From an uncultured Alphaproteobacteria bacterium (GTDB lineage: Bacteria; Pseudomonadota; Alphaproteobacteria; Rs-D84), in contig CALXXY010000002.1 in assembly GCA_944392815.1 (NCBI GenBank), forward strand, positions 64,001 to 128,000: a stretch of 64,000 nucleotides of DNA, written 5' to 3'. A program made the position numbers and the translations under genes. The notes beneath the pieces were generated by a model, which was not told where the DNA came from, searched no databases, and saw only the letters and a list, made by a program, of their open reading frames with translations. This document shows, piece by piece, positions 38,014 through 47,616 of this stretch; the stretch's first letter is position 1; each line of letters starts with the position of its first letter.

Positions 38014-39945
38014 TTATTTCTGGGATTCGTTTTTATTTGACTGTGCGTTATGCACAACGTTTTCTACTATATTGCCAACCAATCCAACCCCCAACCCGGC
38101 ACCGGCAACTGTACCACCTGTTTTTACCTGTTGCGCGGTCTGTTCTGTCTGGGCCGCCCATTCGACGGCATCCGCCCCGTTTGGATTCATCAGCGCACGC
38201 GATATCGACGTATATGTACCCTCGGTAATGCCGGTGGCCGCGTTGTCATATAACCCGGACGTCGCGGCGTCCAGGATAACCTCGGATTCTATACCGGGCG
38301 CCATGCCCAGGGCTTCTTTACGGATCTTTAAATCCGCCGCCAATGTTGTGTATTCGTTATACAGTGGCAACAACACATTTGCACCGGGCAATTGCACGTT
38401 AACCTCGCCCCCGGAAATATTGCGCCCCGCCCCATAATCACAACGGAACGTGGCCAGATATGCCGCCATGTCACGTTCAGCGTCTGCGTCAGCGCGCTGT
38501 TCGGCCAGGGCGGACGCCAATTGCATACCGCCAATACCGCCAGCACCAATTGCAACGCTGCTTATTAACCGGTTCGCCAACGATTGTTCACGCGCTTTTG
38601 CCTCATCATACGCTTTCTTAGCTTGTCGCCAATTTTCTAATTGTGTATCGTACTGAACTAAGTTATCCAAAATATCAAATATTTCTGCGTCAGTTGTATT
38701 TGCCGTAACAGTGCCGATTACATCTATTACTTGATTACCCAAATTATCAATTTGCTGTTTCTCTTTTTCCAGCAGTTCCCCCGTATCGTCTGCGACAGCA
38801 ACATCTGGCGCACCAGACGCATCAACAAAACTTGCAACTGGCAATAAATTTTCCCGCGAACCATCGGCGTCAATTACACCCGTTGGATTCACAGATTGTA
38901 CACGATTATCTGGCATAGATGCCGGCACATCAATTTTATCTATTTTCGCAGCATCAGATACAGAACCGTTGTTCCAAACTTTTCGACCACTTATAATATC
39001 CCCCAAAACATCCTGTGCCGGTGATGTTTTTTGCATTTCTTTCAATGCGGCCATCCAATTTGATGATGCAGAATACCAAGTTTCATTTTCACCAAATTCG
39101 TTCGCATCAAAAGAAGTCCTTGACCTTGACACAACCCCATATACCTGATTGTCATTTGTCCACGCGGCACCACCAGAATTTCCCTGTGACAGTTGACAAT
39201 TTCCGTTATAAGACACAGCAAGTGTTTGTTTTGTCCTGTCCACAACCCTAATGTTACCAACCCCTGTCAGTTCACAAGCTGCGTCCGCCTTTAACCTAAA
39301 TCTTTTTTTCCCGGACGAAACATCCCAATCTCTTAATTCTTTACCATCCAACAATGTTGTAAATTCATCATAGAGTTGTTCTAAATAAGTTTCTGCGCTT
39401 TCATAAGACGCCACATTGTGTTCTGACAATTTTTTATGTATTTTTTGTATTTCATCTGGCGTCAATATCCTAAGCCAACCAAATCCAGCGATACTAACAG
39501 GTACAGGAAACCTTGCATCATTTTTTTTCAAAGAATCTGGAAAAGAATCAAAATAGTCCCGGCTAAAAAATTTAACATCTTGTACCCGCAACAATGCCCA
39601 GTCATCAGATAAAGAGGTTCCATATTTTTCTAAAACGACCCAAGTTTCTCTGCCATCATATGTCTCTATTGGTATTTTTTCACCAACCATTTGATTGCCG
39701 TCATATCCTGTACTATAAATCAAACAATGGCGTGCCGTTAAAATTATATCTGGCGCGACATATTGCCCAGCACAAGTCACAGAAACCCAATCAGCCGAAA
39801 AAGTATTTCCCTTTATCAATACAATTTTGTTATACGGCGCCGCAGACCAATCAACATATTCACGTTCGTCGTATGAACCAATATATGCACGTGCAACACA
39901 CGGCACGAACAACAGCGCGATAAAAATTAATTTACGCAAAAACAA
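38014..39945 (-). CDS. Secreted trypsin-like serine protease fused to a glycine-zipper C-terminal module
   Basis: Signal peptide (VARA); catalytic triad motifs LTARHC, DDWALL, GNSGG; C-terminal NRLISSVAIGAGGIGG...FRCDYG and GGTVAGAGLGVGLVG. Confidence 0.82.
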   Translation of the reverse strand: MFLRKLIFIALLFVPCVARAYIGSYDEREYVDWSAAPYNKIVLIKGNTFSADWVSVTCAGQYVAPDIILTARHCLIYSTGYDGNQMVGEKIPIETYDGRETWVVLEKYGTSLSDDWALLRVQDVKFFSRDYFDSFPDSLKKNDARFPVPVSIAGFGWLRILTPDEIQKIHKKLSEHNVASYESAETYLEQLYDEFTTLLDGKELRDWDVSSGKKRFRLKADAACELTGVGNIRVVDRTKQTLAVSYNGNCQLSQGNSGGAAWTNDNQVYGVVSRSRTSFDANEFGENETWYSASSNWMAALKEMQKTSPAQDVLGDIISGRKVWNNGSVSDAAKIDKIDVPASMPDNRVQSVNPTGVIDADGSRENLLPVASFVDASGAPDVAVADDTGELLEKEKQQIDNLGNQVIDVIGTVTANTTDAEIFDILDNLVQYDTQLENWRQAKKAYDEAKAREQSLANRLISSVAIGAGGIGGMQLASALAEQRADADAERDMAAYLATFRCDYGAGRNISGGEVNVQLPGANVLLPLYNEYTTLAADLKIRKEALGMAPGIESEVILDAATSGLYDNAATGITEGTYTSISRALMNPNGADAVEWAAQTEQTAQQVKTGGTVAGAGLGVGLVGNIVENVVHNAQSNKNESQK

Positions 39946-40046
39946 TTTTTACATTCCAATCTGAACGTAAAAATTATATCACAAAACGCGACCAAAATAA
40001 AATAAAAAGACCGGCTTTTGCCGGCCTATGCATAAATTCATACGAA

Positions 40047-40352
40047 CTATTTTTTTGCCCCACGTGCGACATTTTTTTTGCCACCCGCACCACGTCCAGA
40101 CGCCCCGGCCTTTGCCGGCTTTTTTGCCGCTTTTTTGGTGGATTTTGGCGTGGGTTCAGATTTTTCCGCCACCCCGGCATTTACCGGTGTTTTTTCACCC
40201 TTTTTGGATTTGGCGGTCAATTCACGTTTAAACGTATTAATCCCATCGGCCAGGTTTTTCATCATACCCGGAATTTTATTGTGGCCAAACAACACCACCA
40301 CCAATAAAACGATTATCAGTATTTCCCAACCGCCCAAACGTCCAAACATCAT
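40047..40352 (-). CDS. tatA: Twin-arginine translocase TatA
   Basis: LGGWEILII...LFG..KIP......GI..FK. Confidence 0.9.
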   Translation of the reverse strand: MMFGRLGGWEILIIVLLVVVLFGHNKIPGMMKNLADGINTFKRELTAKSKKGEKTPVNAGVAEKSEPTPKSTKKAAKKPAKAGASGRGAGGKKNVARGAKK

Positions 40353-40365
40353 TTGCCCCCATTAA

Positions 40366-41157
40366 TTATTTAGTCACATAACATTCCAATCCGTCGGCCT
40401 TGGCATTGCGACAGAAATTATTCGCATCGGCCGGCGCATTAAATCCAACCCGCAATCTGTATGTAGTATTTCCATTTGGCAACTGTGCCGCCAAAATCAC
40501 GAATTGATGACCATTAAACAAATTCGCATGCGATGCCCGCAATTGACGCTGGCCAGATTCAGCCAATGCGCGCGTGCTGTATGAACCAATCTGGGCATAC
40601 CAAGCATACGTGCGTGTGGTATTTTGTGCACGTGCCGGTGCAGCGCTTGCGCGGCGCGCTGGCTTCGCGGCGGGTTTTGCCGCCGGCTTGGCTGCGGGCT
40701 TGGCCGCTGGTTTGTCCGGATTAAATGTCACATCTTTGCGATCGTCAATAACACGCACAGGCACCCCAGGCGTTGCATTCTGTGCCACGGGCGCAGGTTT
40801 TGGTGCGGGTGCCGCTTGTGGCGCGGGCACGGGCTCTACTTTGGCGGGCTGCACCGCAGCATTCGCCACTGGGGCCGGTTGCGGTGCCGGAACAACCAAC
40901 GGCGCATTCGGATCGCCACCATCAACAATTACTGCTGGCGCGTCCAGGTCAACCTCCATCGTAGAAGCGGAATCCCCGCCAACGATACGAATAATAACGT
41001 ACGTCGCCAATATAATGACCAACACACCAACCGCCATCAACAACCATGGCCGTTTGGGACGTGGCGCAGTAAACGGTGCCGCATCTGGCAAAGCGTCCGT
41101 CGTATCGGCGTCATCATCATTTAAATCCAATAAATCCAAATTGTCTTCGTCATTCAT
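40366..41157 (-). CDS. SPOR-domain membrane protein (FtsN-like architecture)
   Basis: Acidic N-tail, TM, P/A/K linker with KPAA repeats, SPOR domain (WYAQIGSY...YRLRVG.F); start uncertain. Confidence 0.85.
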   Translation of the reverse strand: MNDEDNLDLLDLNDDDADTTDALPDAAPFTAPRPKRPWLLMAVGVLVIILATYVIIRIVGGDSASTMEVDLDAPAVIVDGGDPNAPLVVPAPQPAPVANAAVQPAKVEPVPAPQAAPAPKPAPVAQNATPGVPVRVIDDRKDVTFNPDKPAAKPAAKPAAKPAAKPARRASAAPARAQNTTRTYAWYAQIGSYSTRALAESGQRQLRASHANLFNGHQFVILAAQLPNGNTTYRLRVGFNAPADANNFCRNAKADGLECYVTK

Positions 41158-41235
41158 CAGGATTCCCCCATAGTTTCTTTGGAACACATTATATCATAAA
41201 AAACAGCATTTTCCAAAGATTATATGCGCGTTCCC

Positions 41236-41379
41236 CTATTCCGGCATTTGCCCAAAATTCGGTGGAACGATTAATTTATGATTTTCTTCGACGATGGGTT
41301 CAACCTCGCACCCACCGGCGCACGCCGCCAACACCATTGGCGCCGCGATAATTGCCAATAATAAAATCGCTTTTTTCAT
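41236..41379 (-). CDS. Small lipoprotein (47 aa), absent from ORF track
   Basis: AAGGAAGG RBS; MKKAILLLAIIAAPMVLAA-CAGGCEVEPIVEENHKLIVPPNFGQMPE; lipobox LAA-C; LxVPPxF motif. Confidence 0.8.
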   Translation of the reverse strand: MKKAILLLAIIAAPMVLAACAGGCEVEPIVEENHKLIVPPNFGQMPE

Positions 41380-41447
41380 GTTCTACCTTCCTTTATCTGT
41401 ATAAATATTATAATGGCGCGACAACGCCGCGCCATATTTTTTTGCGT

Positions 41448-43181
41448 TTATGCAGGCATTTTAACCGCCGCCACCATTTGGTCAATAAATTCGTCGACCG
41501 GCACAGTTTCCTGGCCGTCCCGTCCCAAACGACGCAACGTGACAGTTTTGTTTTCCATTTCTTTTTCACCAACAACTGCGATAATTGGCGTTTTTGCCAG
41601 CGACAATTCGCGGATTTTATAGTTAACCTTTTCATCACGCAAATCAGTCCGCGCATACACCCCGGCGTCACGCAAACGATCGGCAATTTCAACGGCATAA
41701 TCACGGAATTTTTCCGAAATCGGTGTGACCACAACGGGCTCTGGGCTTAACCACAGCGGCAAATTCCCGCCCGTTGATTCCAGCAACACACCCATAAAGC
41801 GTTCAATAGAACCCACCAGCGCACGATGCAACATAATTGGCCGATGTTTTTCACCATCTTCGCCGATATACGACAAATCAAAACGTTCCGGCAAATTCAT
41901 ATCCAATTGCACAGTGCCACACTGCCACGTGCGCCCAAGTGCGTCTTTCAGATAATTATCAATTTTCGGTCCATAAAACGCAGCGTCACCCGGCGCAATT
42001 TCGTATTCAATACCATTCGCGTCCAGCGCATGTTTTAACGCGCCTTCGGCCTTGTCCCAAATTTCATCCGACCCGATACGGAATTCAGATTCTTTACGCG
42101 TGGCCAATTTCATAGAAATATTATTAAAACCAAATTTCGCATAAATATCCTTAATAAAGCGCAAAATTTTCACAACTTCTGCTTCTAATTGATCTTCGGT
42201 ACAGAAAATATGGGCATCGTCCTGGGTAAATTCGCGCACACGCATCAGTCCCGACAGACCGCCTGCGGCTTCGTACCGACACACCTTGCCAAATTCAGCC
42301 AGATACAGCGGCAAATCTTTGTACGATTTAATTCCCTGGCCAAACACCAACATACCCCCCGGGCATGACATCGGCTTTACACAGAACGTTTTGCCGTCCT
42401 GGGTTTTACCAGAATAATTATGCTCGCCATATTTTGCCCAATGGCCACTGCGTTCCCACAGCGATCTGTCCATAACAGACGGTGTGGATATTTCCTGGTA
42501 CCCGGCGCGCTCCTGGCGGTGACGCAAATATTCAATTAACTTGCGATAAATTTTGTATCCCTTGTCATGCCAAAACACAGCACCCGGCGCATAATCAGGT
42601 TCGAAATGGAACAAATCCATATCCTTGCCCAATTTACGGTTATCACGTGCGGCGGCCTCGGCCTGCATTTTCAGAAACGCGTCCAATTCATCTTTGGTTG
42701 CAAACGCGTCAACATAAATACGCTGCAGCATTTTATTTTTCGCGTCCCCGCGCCAATATGCGCCCGCCACACTGCGAATTTTAAACGCATCACGTGGTAA
42801 TTCTTTGGAACTTTCCACATGCGGTCCACGACACAAATCAACAAAATCGCGGAATTTATAAATTGATAAATCTTCGCCGGCGGCATCATATTCATTCAGC
42901 CATTCCATTTTATACGGCTGGTCGGCGAAAATATCCTTGGCCTCGGCCAAAGATACATTACGTTGTTCGAATCGGCCGTTTGATTTGATTAATTCACGCA
43001 TTTCATGTTCGATTTTTTCGAAATCTTCCTCGGAAAAACGATGTTCAGTATCAAAATCGTAATAAAAGCCATTTTCTATGGCCGGCCCACCCGCAAATTT
43101 AACATCTGGGTATAATTTCTGAACCGCAGCCGCCAAAACATGAGCCAACGAATGACGCACAGTTTCAATTGGATATGACAT
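41448..43181 (-). CDS. thrS: Threonine--tRNA ligase (no N-terminal TGS domain)
   Basis: RHSLAH, DLCRGPH, AGAYWRGD, KPMSCP, RVREFTQDDAHIF, AFYGPKID, HRALVGSIERF. Confidence 0.97.
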   Translation of the reverse strand: MSYPIETVRHSLAHVLAAAVQKLYPDVKFAGGPAIENGFYYDFDTEHRFSEEDFEKIEHEMRELIKSNGRFEQRNVSLAEAKDIFADQPYKMEWLNEYDAAGEDLSIYKFRDFVDLCRGPHVESSKELPRDAFKIRSVAGAYWRGDAKNKMLQRIYVDAFATKDELDAFLKMQAEAAARDNRKLGKDMDLFHFEPDYAPGAVFWHDKGYKIYRKLIEYLRHRQERAGYQEISTPSVMDRSLWERSGHWAKYGEHNYSGKTQDGKTFCVKPMSCPGGMLVFGQGIKSYKDLPLYLAEFGKVCRYEAAGGLSGLMRVREFTQDDAHIFCTEDQLEAEVVKILRFIKDIYAKFGFNNISMKLATRKESEFRIGSDEIWDKAEGALKHALDANGIEYEIAPGDAAFYGPKIDNYLKDALGRTWQCGTVQLDMNLPERFDLSYIGEDGEKHRPIMLHRALVGSIERFMGVLLESTGGNLPLWLSPEPVVVTPISEKFRDYAVEIADRLRDAGVYARTDLRDEKVNYKIRELSLAKTPIIAVVGEKEMENKTVTLRRLGRDGQETVPVDEFIDQMVAAVKMPA

Positions 43182-43264
43182 AATAAAAATCCTTATCGTT
43201 ATAAAAAATAAATATTGAAGTGTTGTTAATTATTGCATTGAACGCGGAAAACCGCAACATAATC

Positions 43265-43321
43265 TTATACCCCCGTGGGGGTTGTAGTTGTTGTGACAAA
43301 GAAAACACAATATTTTTTCAT
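43265..43321 (-). CDS. Thr-rich leader peptide of thrS (18 aa)
   Basis: MKKYCVFFVTTTTTPTGV; five consecutive Thr codons plus one more; stop 83 nt upstream of the thrS ATG. Confidence 0.8.
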   Translation of the reverse strand: MKKYCVFFVTTTTTPTGV

Positions 43322-43330
43322 AACACTGAC

Positions 43331-43359
43331 ATAATAGTACCAATAAAAAGAAATGTCAA
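43331..43359 (-). promoter_or_regulatory. Sigma70 promoter for leader-thrS
   Basis: TTGACA-17 nt-TATTAT; the -10 box ends 9 nt before the leader ATG. Confidence 0.75.
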
Positions 43360-43367
43360 CACCCCCC

Positions 43368-44105
43368 CTAGAAATCAATTATGCAACCAAACAACACCGC
43401 GAAAAAGAAACACACACTGCCACCTATGACAAACAGGTGCCATATTGCATGGGAATATTTCATACGTCGCCACAGATAAAAAATCACCCCCAGCGAATAC
43501 GACAAACCTCCCGCCAAAATAAACCACAGCCCACGCGGTGGTATATTATGCAACATAGCCGGCAATATAAACAGCAACGTCCACCCCATAATCAGATACA
43601 ACAACACAATCCATTTGGGCTGGCTGTGTGGACGACGCATTTTCATAACCGCGCCCAAAATCACGATTGCCCATAAAATTCCAAATACAGTCCACCCCAG
43701 TCCCCCGCGCAAATTAACCAACAAAAACGGTGTATAGGTTCCTGCAATCAACGCATAAATGGCAACACTGTCCCAGACCTCGAAAAAACATTCACCACGC
43801 CGTCCAATTGTTGCGTGACACATGGTGGATCCGAAATACAACATTATCATCGTCGCACCAAAAATCGCACACGACACAACCGCCCACGGATTATGCGCCA
43901 GCGCCGCGAACACAACCAACAACGTCAACGCAGCAATCGCCAACCCAACCCCAATACCATGGGTTAAAATATTTAACACTTCCTCGCTGTGCGTGCTGGG
44001 GCGTTCCCAACGGAACAGCCCAGTTGCCTGCAAAAAACGCAACAAACGTTTTGCCCGCGTATCAGATTTAACCTGTTTTAATTGTGCACGTTTTGTTTTT
44101 GTCAT
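43368..44105 (-). CDS. Hemolysin III / PAQR (TrhA) family membrane protein
   Basis: EEVLNILTHG, ST..H, D...IYALIAGTYTPF, HAIWHLFV. Confidence 0.93.
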   Translation of the reverse strand: MTKTKRAQLKQVKSDTRAKRLLRFLQATGLFRWERPSTHSEEVLNILTHGIGVGLAIAALTLLVVFAALAHNPWAVVSCAIFGATMIMLYFGSTMCHATIGRRGECFFEVWDSVAIYALIAGTYTPFLLVNLRGGLGWTVFGILWAIVILGAVMKMRRPHSQPKWIVLLYLIMGWTLLFILPAMLHNIPPRGLWFILAGGLSYSLGVIFYLWRRMKYSHAIWHLFVIGGSVCFFFAVLFGCIIDF

Positions 44106-45679
44106 TTTAATATTTCCTTGATTCTGGCAATAACTTTGTCTGCGCCCATCACCTGCATAACAGAATACAGATCTGGCGTATTTGTGCGCCCAGTCACCGC
44201 CACGCGCAAATTCATTGCCACATCGCCATTTTTAACACCGGCCGCAGCGGCAATTTCAACGATTTTATTCCACCAAGTATCCTTGTCATCGCAAATATCA
44301 AACGTTTCCAGGAACGCGCGCAATAAATCATGATTAAATTCATATTCAGTATTCTGCGCGAACAAATCGTCCCAAAAATATGCAATTTCGTCCAAAGTTT
44401 GCCGCCATGTAATAAAATCTTTGCGAATGCGTTTTGGATTATCGCGTTCAATGCCCAAAATATTTTTCAAATATTCAGGATTATCACCGATTCGCGCGGC
44501 CCATTGCAAATCATATTCATTTGCCCACGCCATAACGCGTTGCGCCAATTCATCAACCGGCAAAGTCGCAATAAATTCGCGCGCCCACCATTCCAGTTTT
44601 TTCATATCAAACAACGCACCCGACATAGGTATTTTTTTCGGTCGCAATGGATATTCCCAAATAGATTTAACCTGCCCTTTGGATTTGGCCTCTTCATACC
44701 CAGACGCCGCAATATTGCCCAGATATTCCAGCACCGCTTCACACGGCCACCCATCGGCCAAGAAAAACGCAACGTTTGCCTCGGGGTCATGACGCTTGGA
44801 TAATTTTCGCTGTTTTCCAGTATCCACATCGATTTTATCAATGGTCGACGTATGAATATACATCGGCGGCGTCCAGCCCATCATACGGAATAATTGAATA
44901 TGCAACGGGAACGACGGCAACCATTCTTCGCCACGCACAACATGCGTTGTACGCATAAAATGATCGTCACACAGGTGCGCAAAATGATACGTCGGCAATC
45001 CATCATTTGATTTGATTAAAACAATATCCTCGTTGTTTTCTGGAAACCCGATTGAACCGCGCACAGCGTCCTTGCAAAAAATTCTTTGCTGGGGATTACC
45101 TGTGGAATACAAACGAATCGAAGGTACCTCGCCCGCGTCCAGACGACGAATTATTTCATCATCGGTAATATCGCGGTCACGCGCAAATTCGCCGTAAATC
45201 CCGGTTGCAAAGCCCGCGGCCTTTTGATTTTCACGAATGCGTTCCATCTCGGCCGCGGTTAAAAAGCATGGATACGCCAAACCACGCGCCAACAAATCCG
45301 CCACAACGCTGTGATAAATATCACGCCGCTGCGACTGATAATACGGCCCATATTCAGGCATATCATTGTATTTCAACCCAAACCGCTGCATAGAATCCTG
45401 AATAATTTTCACGGCGTCCGCAACCTCGCGCTTGGTATCTGTATCCTCTATGCGCAACATAAAAACACCACCGGTATCATACGCCAATTTGCAATCAATC
45501 AACGCCTGGTACAGCCCACCCAGGTGCATATAGCCCGTGGGGCTGGGTGCAAAACGTGTCACAAATGCACCATCTGGCAAATTGCGTGGCGGGAATTTTT
45601 CCTCCAACTCCGCCAAAGTATATTTTGGCGCCGCGCCCAACACACGCACAATTAAATCCGGTGATAAACCATTACGCAT
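44102..45679 (-). CDS. gltX: Glutamate--tRNA ligase
   Basis: TRFAPSPTGYMHLG, LRIEDTD, PTYHFAH..DD, RGEEWL, KLSKR. Confidence 0.95.
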   Translation of the reverse strand: MRNGLSPDLIVRVLGAAPKYTLAELEEKFPPRNLPDGAFVTRFAPSPTGYMHLGGLYQALIDCKLAYDTGGVFMLRIEDTDTKREVADAVKIIQDSMQRFGLKYNDMPEYGPYYQSQRRDIYHSVVADLLARGLAYPCFLTAAEMERIRENQKAAGFATGIYGEFARDRDITDDEIIRRLDAGEVPSIRLYSTGNPQQRIFCKDAVRGSIGFPENNEDIVLIKSNDGLPTYHFAHLCDDHFMRTTHVVRGEEWLPSFPLHIQLFRMMGWTPPMYIHTSTIDKIDVDTGKQRKLSKRHDPEANVAFFLADGWPCEAVLEYLGNIAASGYEEAKSKGQVKSIWEYPLRPKKIPMSGALFDMKKLEWWAREFIATLPVDELAQRVMAWANEYDLQWAARIGDNPEYLKNILGIERDNPKRIRKDFITWRQTLDEIAYFWDDLFAQNTEYEFNHDLLRAFLETFDICDDKDTWWNKIVEIAAAAGVKNGDVAMNLRVAVTGRTNTPDLYSVMQVMGADKVIARIKEILK

Positions 45680-46232
45680 TTTTATTTTCCTTTTCCCATT
45701 CTGATTTTAATTTTGAATATGTAAACACATCGCGCAATTCGCCACGAAACATATAACTCTGGCGGCGGATACCCTCGCAAACATATCCGCAACGCTTTGC
45801 AACGGCGGCACTGCGCACATTTTTAACGTCCATCAGAATTTCTATTCTGTTGACGCCCATGTTTTCAAATGCAAATTTTTCCAGTGCATGCACCGCACGC
45901 GTCATTATTCCGCGCCCATTATAGTCACGCGACAACCAATACGCAATTTCTGCAATTTTATTTTTCTTGGAACTTATATCCACACCTGCACTGCCCACTA
46001 TGTCGCCGTTATAAATGATATAATAAGAACCGTTATCGTTCTGGGACACTTTGTGCATGTGCATATACATATCTTCTGGGCAATTTGACACATCAACCCA
46101 GTCCAAAAATTCAGACAAAAATTCACGCTGTGAATCAACAATTTCAAAAATTTTACGTGCATTATCAAATGACGGGATAATTTTTTCCAAACGAAAATCA
46201 CCGCAATCTATTGATTTTGGAAAATCAGTCAT
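45672..46232 (-). CDS. GNAT N-acetyltransferase, RimJ/RimL type
   Basis: AEIAYWL..DYNGRGIMT, N.RS.AVA.RCGY..EG. Confidence 0.9.
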   Translation of the reverse strand: MTDFPKSIDCGDFRLEKIIPSFDNARKIFEIVDSQREFLSEFLDWVDVSNCPEDMYMHMHKVSQNDNGSYYIIYNGDIVGSAGVDISSKKNKIAEIAYWLSRDYNGRGIMTRAVHALEKFAFENMGVNRIEILMDVKNVRSAAVAKRCGYVCEGIRRQSYMFRGELRDVFTYSKLKSEWEKENKNA

Positions 46233-46278
46233 TTTATAATTCCTTGTTTTCTTAACTTTTGAATTTTATACTAAATAT

Positions 46279-46911
46279 ATGGAAAAACAAGAAATAAGAA
46301 CATTTGGTCGCCGTCACGGCAAAAAATTATCAGCCCGCCAAACCGTGTTGATTGACACCGTTTTGCCAACTATTTTGCCAAAAAACATACCAGAAAACAC
46401 CGGCAAAATCCTGGAAATCGGATTTGGCGCGGGCGAACATTTGCGCGAAATCGCCCGGCAAACGCCGGCAAAAATTATAATTGGTGCCGAACCATTTATG
46501 AATGGGGTGGCGTCCCTGCTGTCGGCAATCACAAACGAATCGAACGCGATTCGCGATGAATATAAAAACATTCGCGTCTATCCGGACGATGTGCGCGATT
46601 TTCTGCGCGACACCAATTGCAAATTTGAACAAATATGGATTTTGCACCCCGACCCCTGGCCCAAGGCGCGGCACGAAAAACGTCGTCTGCTGCGCGCAGA
46701 ATTTCTGACAATGCTTGCCGCGCGCCTGGCGCCGCACGGCGAAATCATTATCGGCACAGACCATTGGGAATATTTCGATTGGATAAAAAACGCAGTAGCA
46801 AAAACCGCGCTGCATGCACGTACGCCTGACATACAGACGATTCACACACGTTATCAAACAAAAAATATGGCGGGCACCGCAACACCAAAATATTTAATTT
46901 TAACCAATTAA
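46279..46911 (+). CDS. trmB: tRNA (guanine-N7)-methyltransferase
   Basis: LEIGFGAGEH, PDPWPKARHEKRR, TD...Y, TRY. Confidence 0.94.
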   Translation: MEKQEIRTFGRRHGKKLSARQTVLIDTVLPTILPKNIPENTGKILEIGFGAGEHLREIARQTPAKIIIGAEPFMNGVASLLSAITNESNAIRDEYKNIRVYPDDVRDFLRDTNCKFEQIWILHPDPWPKARHEKRRLLRAEFLTMLAARLAPHGEIIIGTDHWEYFDWIKNAVAKTALHARTPDIQTIHTRYQTKNMAGTATPKYLILTN

Positions 46912-47573
46912 ATATTTACAAAAAATTTGATTTTATCAACCAATTCTGGCCGCATGGATTGCACCAATCGCATGGCCTGCTCTATGCGCGTGCGATTTGT
47001 TCCCAACACAAAATACAAATTCATATTTGAATTATTCCACGCCGATAACGCAGCATACACCCGCCCCACAAAATCAGATGCGTCACCGGTATCATTTGTC
47101 AACGCCAACACCAACCCATCTGCACGCAGTTTTTCCAACGCCGCAAATATACCGTCCCATTCAAACGGCCCGACAGTTCCAACGTCCAATCCAATAAATG
47201 CAGATTTATTAAAAAACAAATCGTCCCTGATTAAATATACCTGATTTACCAATTCAGACAATTGATCGGCCCCCACAAACACAATCGCACCGTCTGCACC
47301 ACTTTTTAACGCCGTATTAATTTCCTGGGTTAAATCAGACACAGAATCAATATCCGTCTGCGCCAAATAAAAGCGCGGCAATATCTGAATATGCTTGTTT
47401 TCTATCCACGGCCAAATCGTCATAACATCACCCGGCGCCACAGACACAGCCCCGACGTTGTTATCAATCGCCATACCCGCCGCACGCGCCAATTCAGTCG
47501 CGTCCTGACCCGCGGCGCACCAAATTGCAAACGGCGCATTCATCGTCAAAAGAATATTTTCACTATCCATCAT
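46908..47573 (-). CDS. DeoC-like TIM-barrel protein lacking catalytic residues
   Basis: AVSVAP..V, E...A...GAD...V pattern of class I aldolases; no EID or FVKTSTG; start moved to ATG 47573. Confidence 0.55.
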   Translation of the reverse strand: MMDSENILLTMNAPFAIWCAAGQDATELARAAGMAIDNNVGAVSVAPGDVMTIWPWIENKHIQILPRFYLAQTDIDSVSDLTQEINTALKSGADGAIVFVGADQLSELVNQVYLIRDDLFFNKSAFIGLDVGTVGPFEWDGIFAALEKLRADGLVLALTNDTGDASDFVGRVYAALSAWNNSNMNLYFVLGTNRTRIEQAMRLVQSMRPELVDKIKFFVNI

Positions 47574-47616
47574 TGCACTTTTTACTTTATCATAAATATG
47601 ATATAATAAAAGCCAA

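Noticed and set aside
40660-40715. 12-bp tandem repeat
   Set aside because: Encodes the KPAA linker with synonymous variation; ordinary low-complexity spacer.
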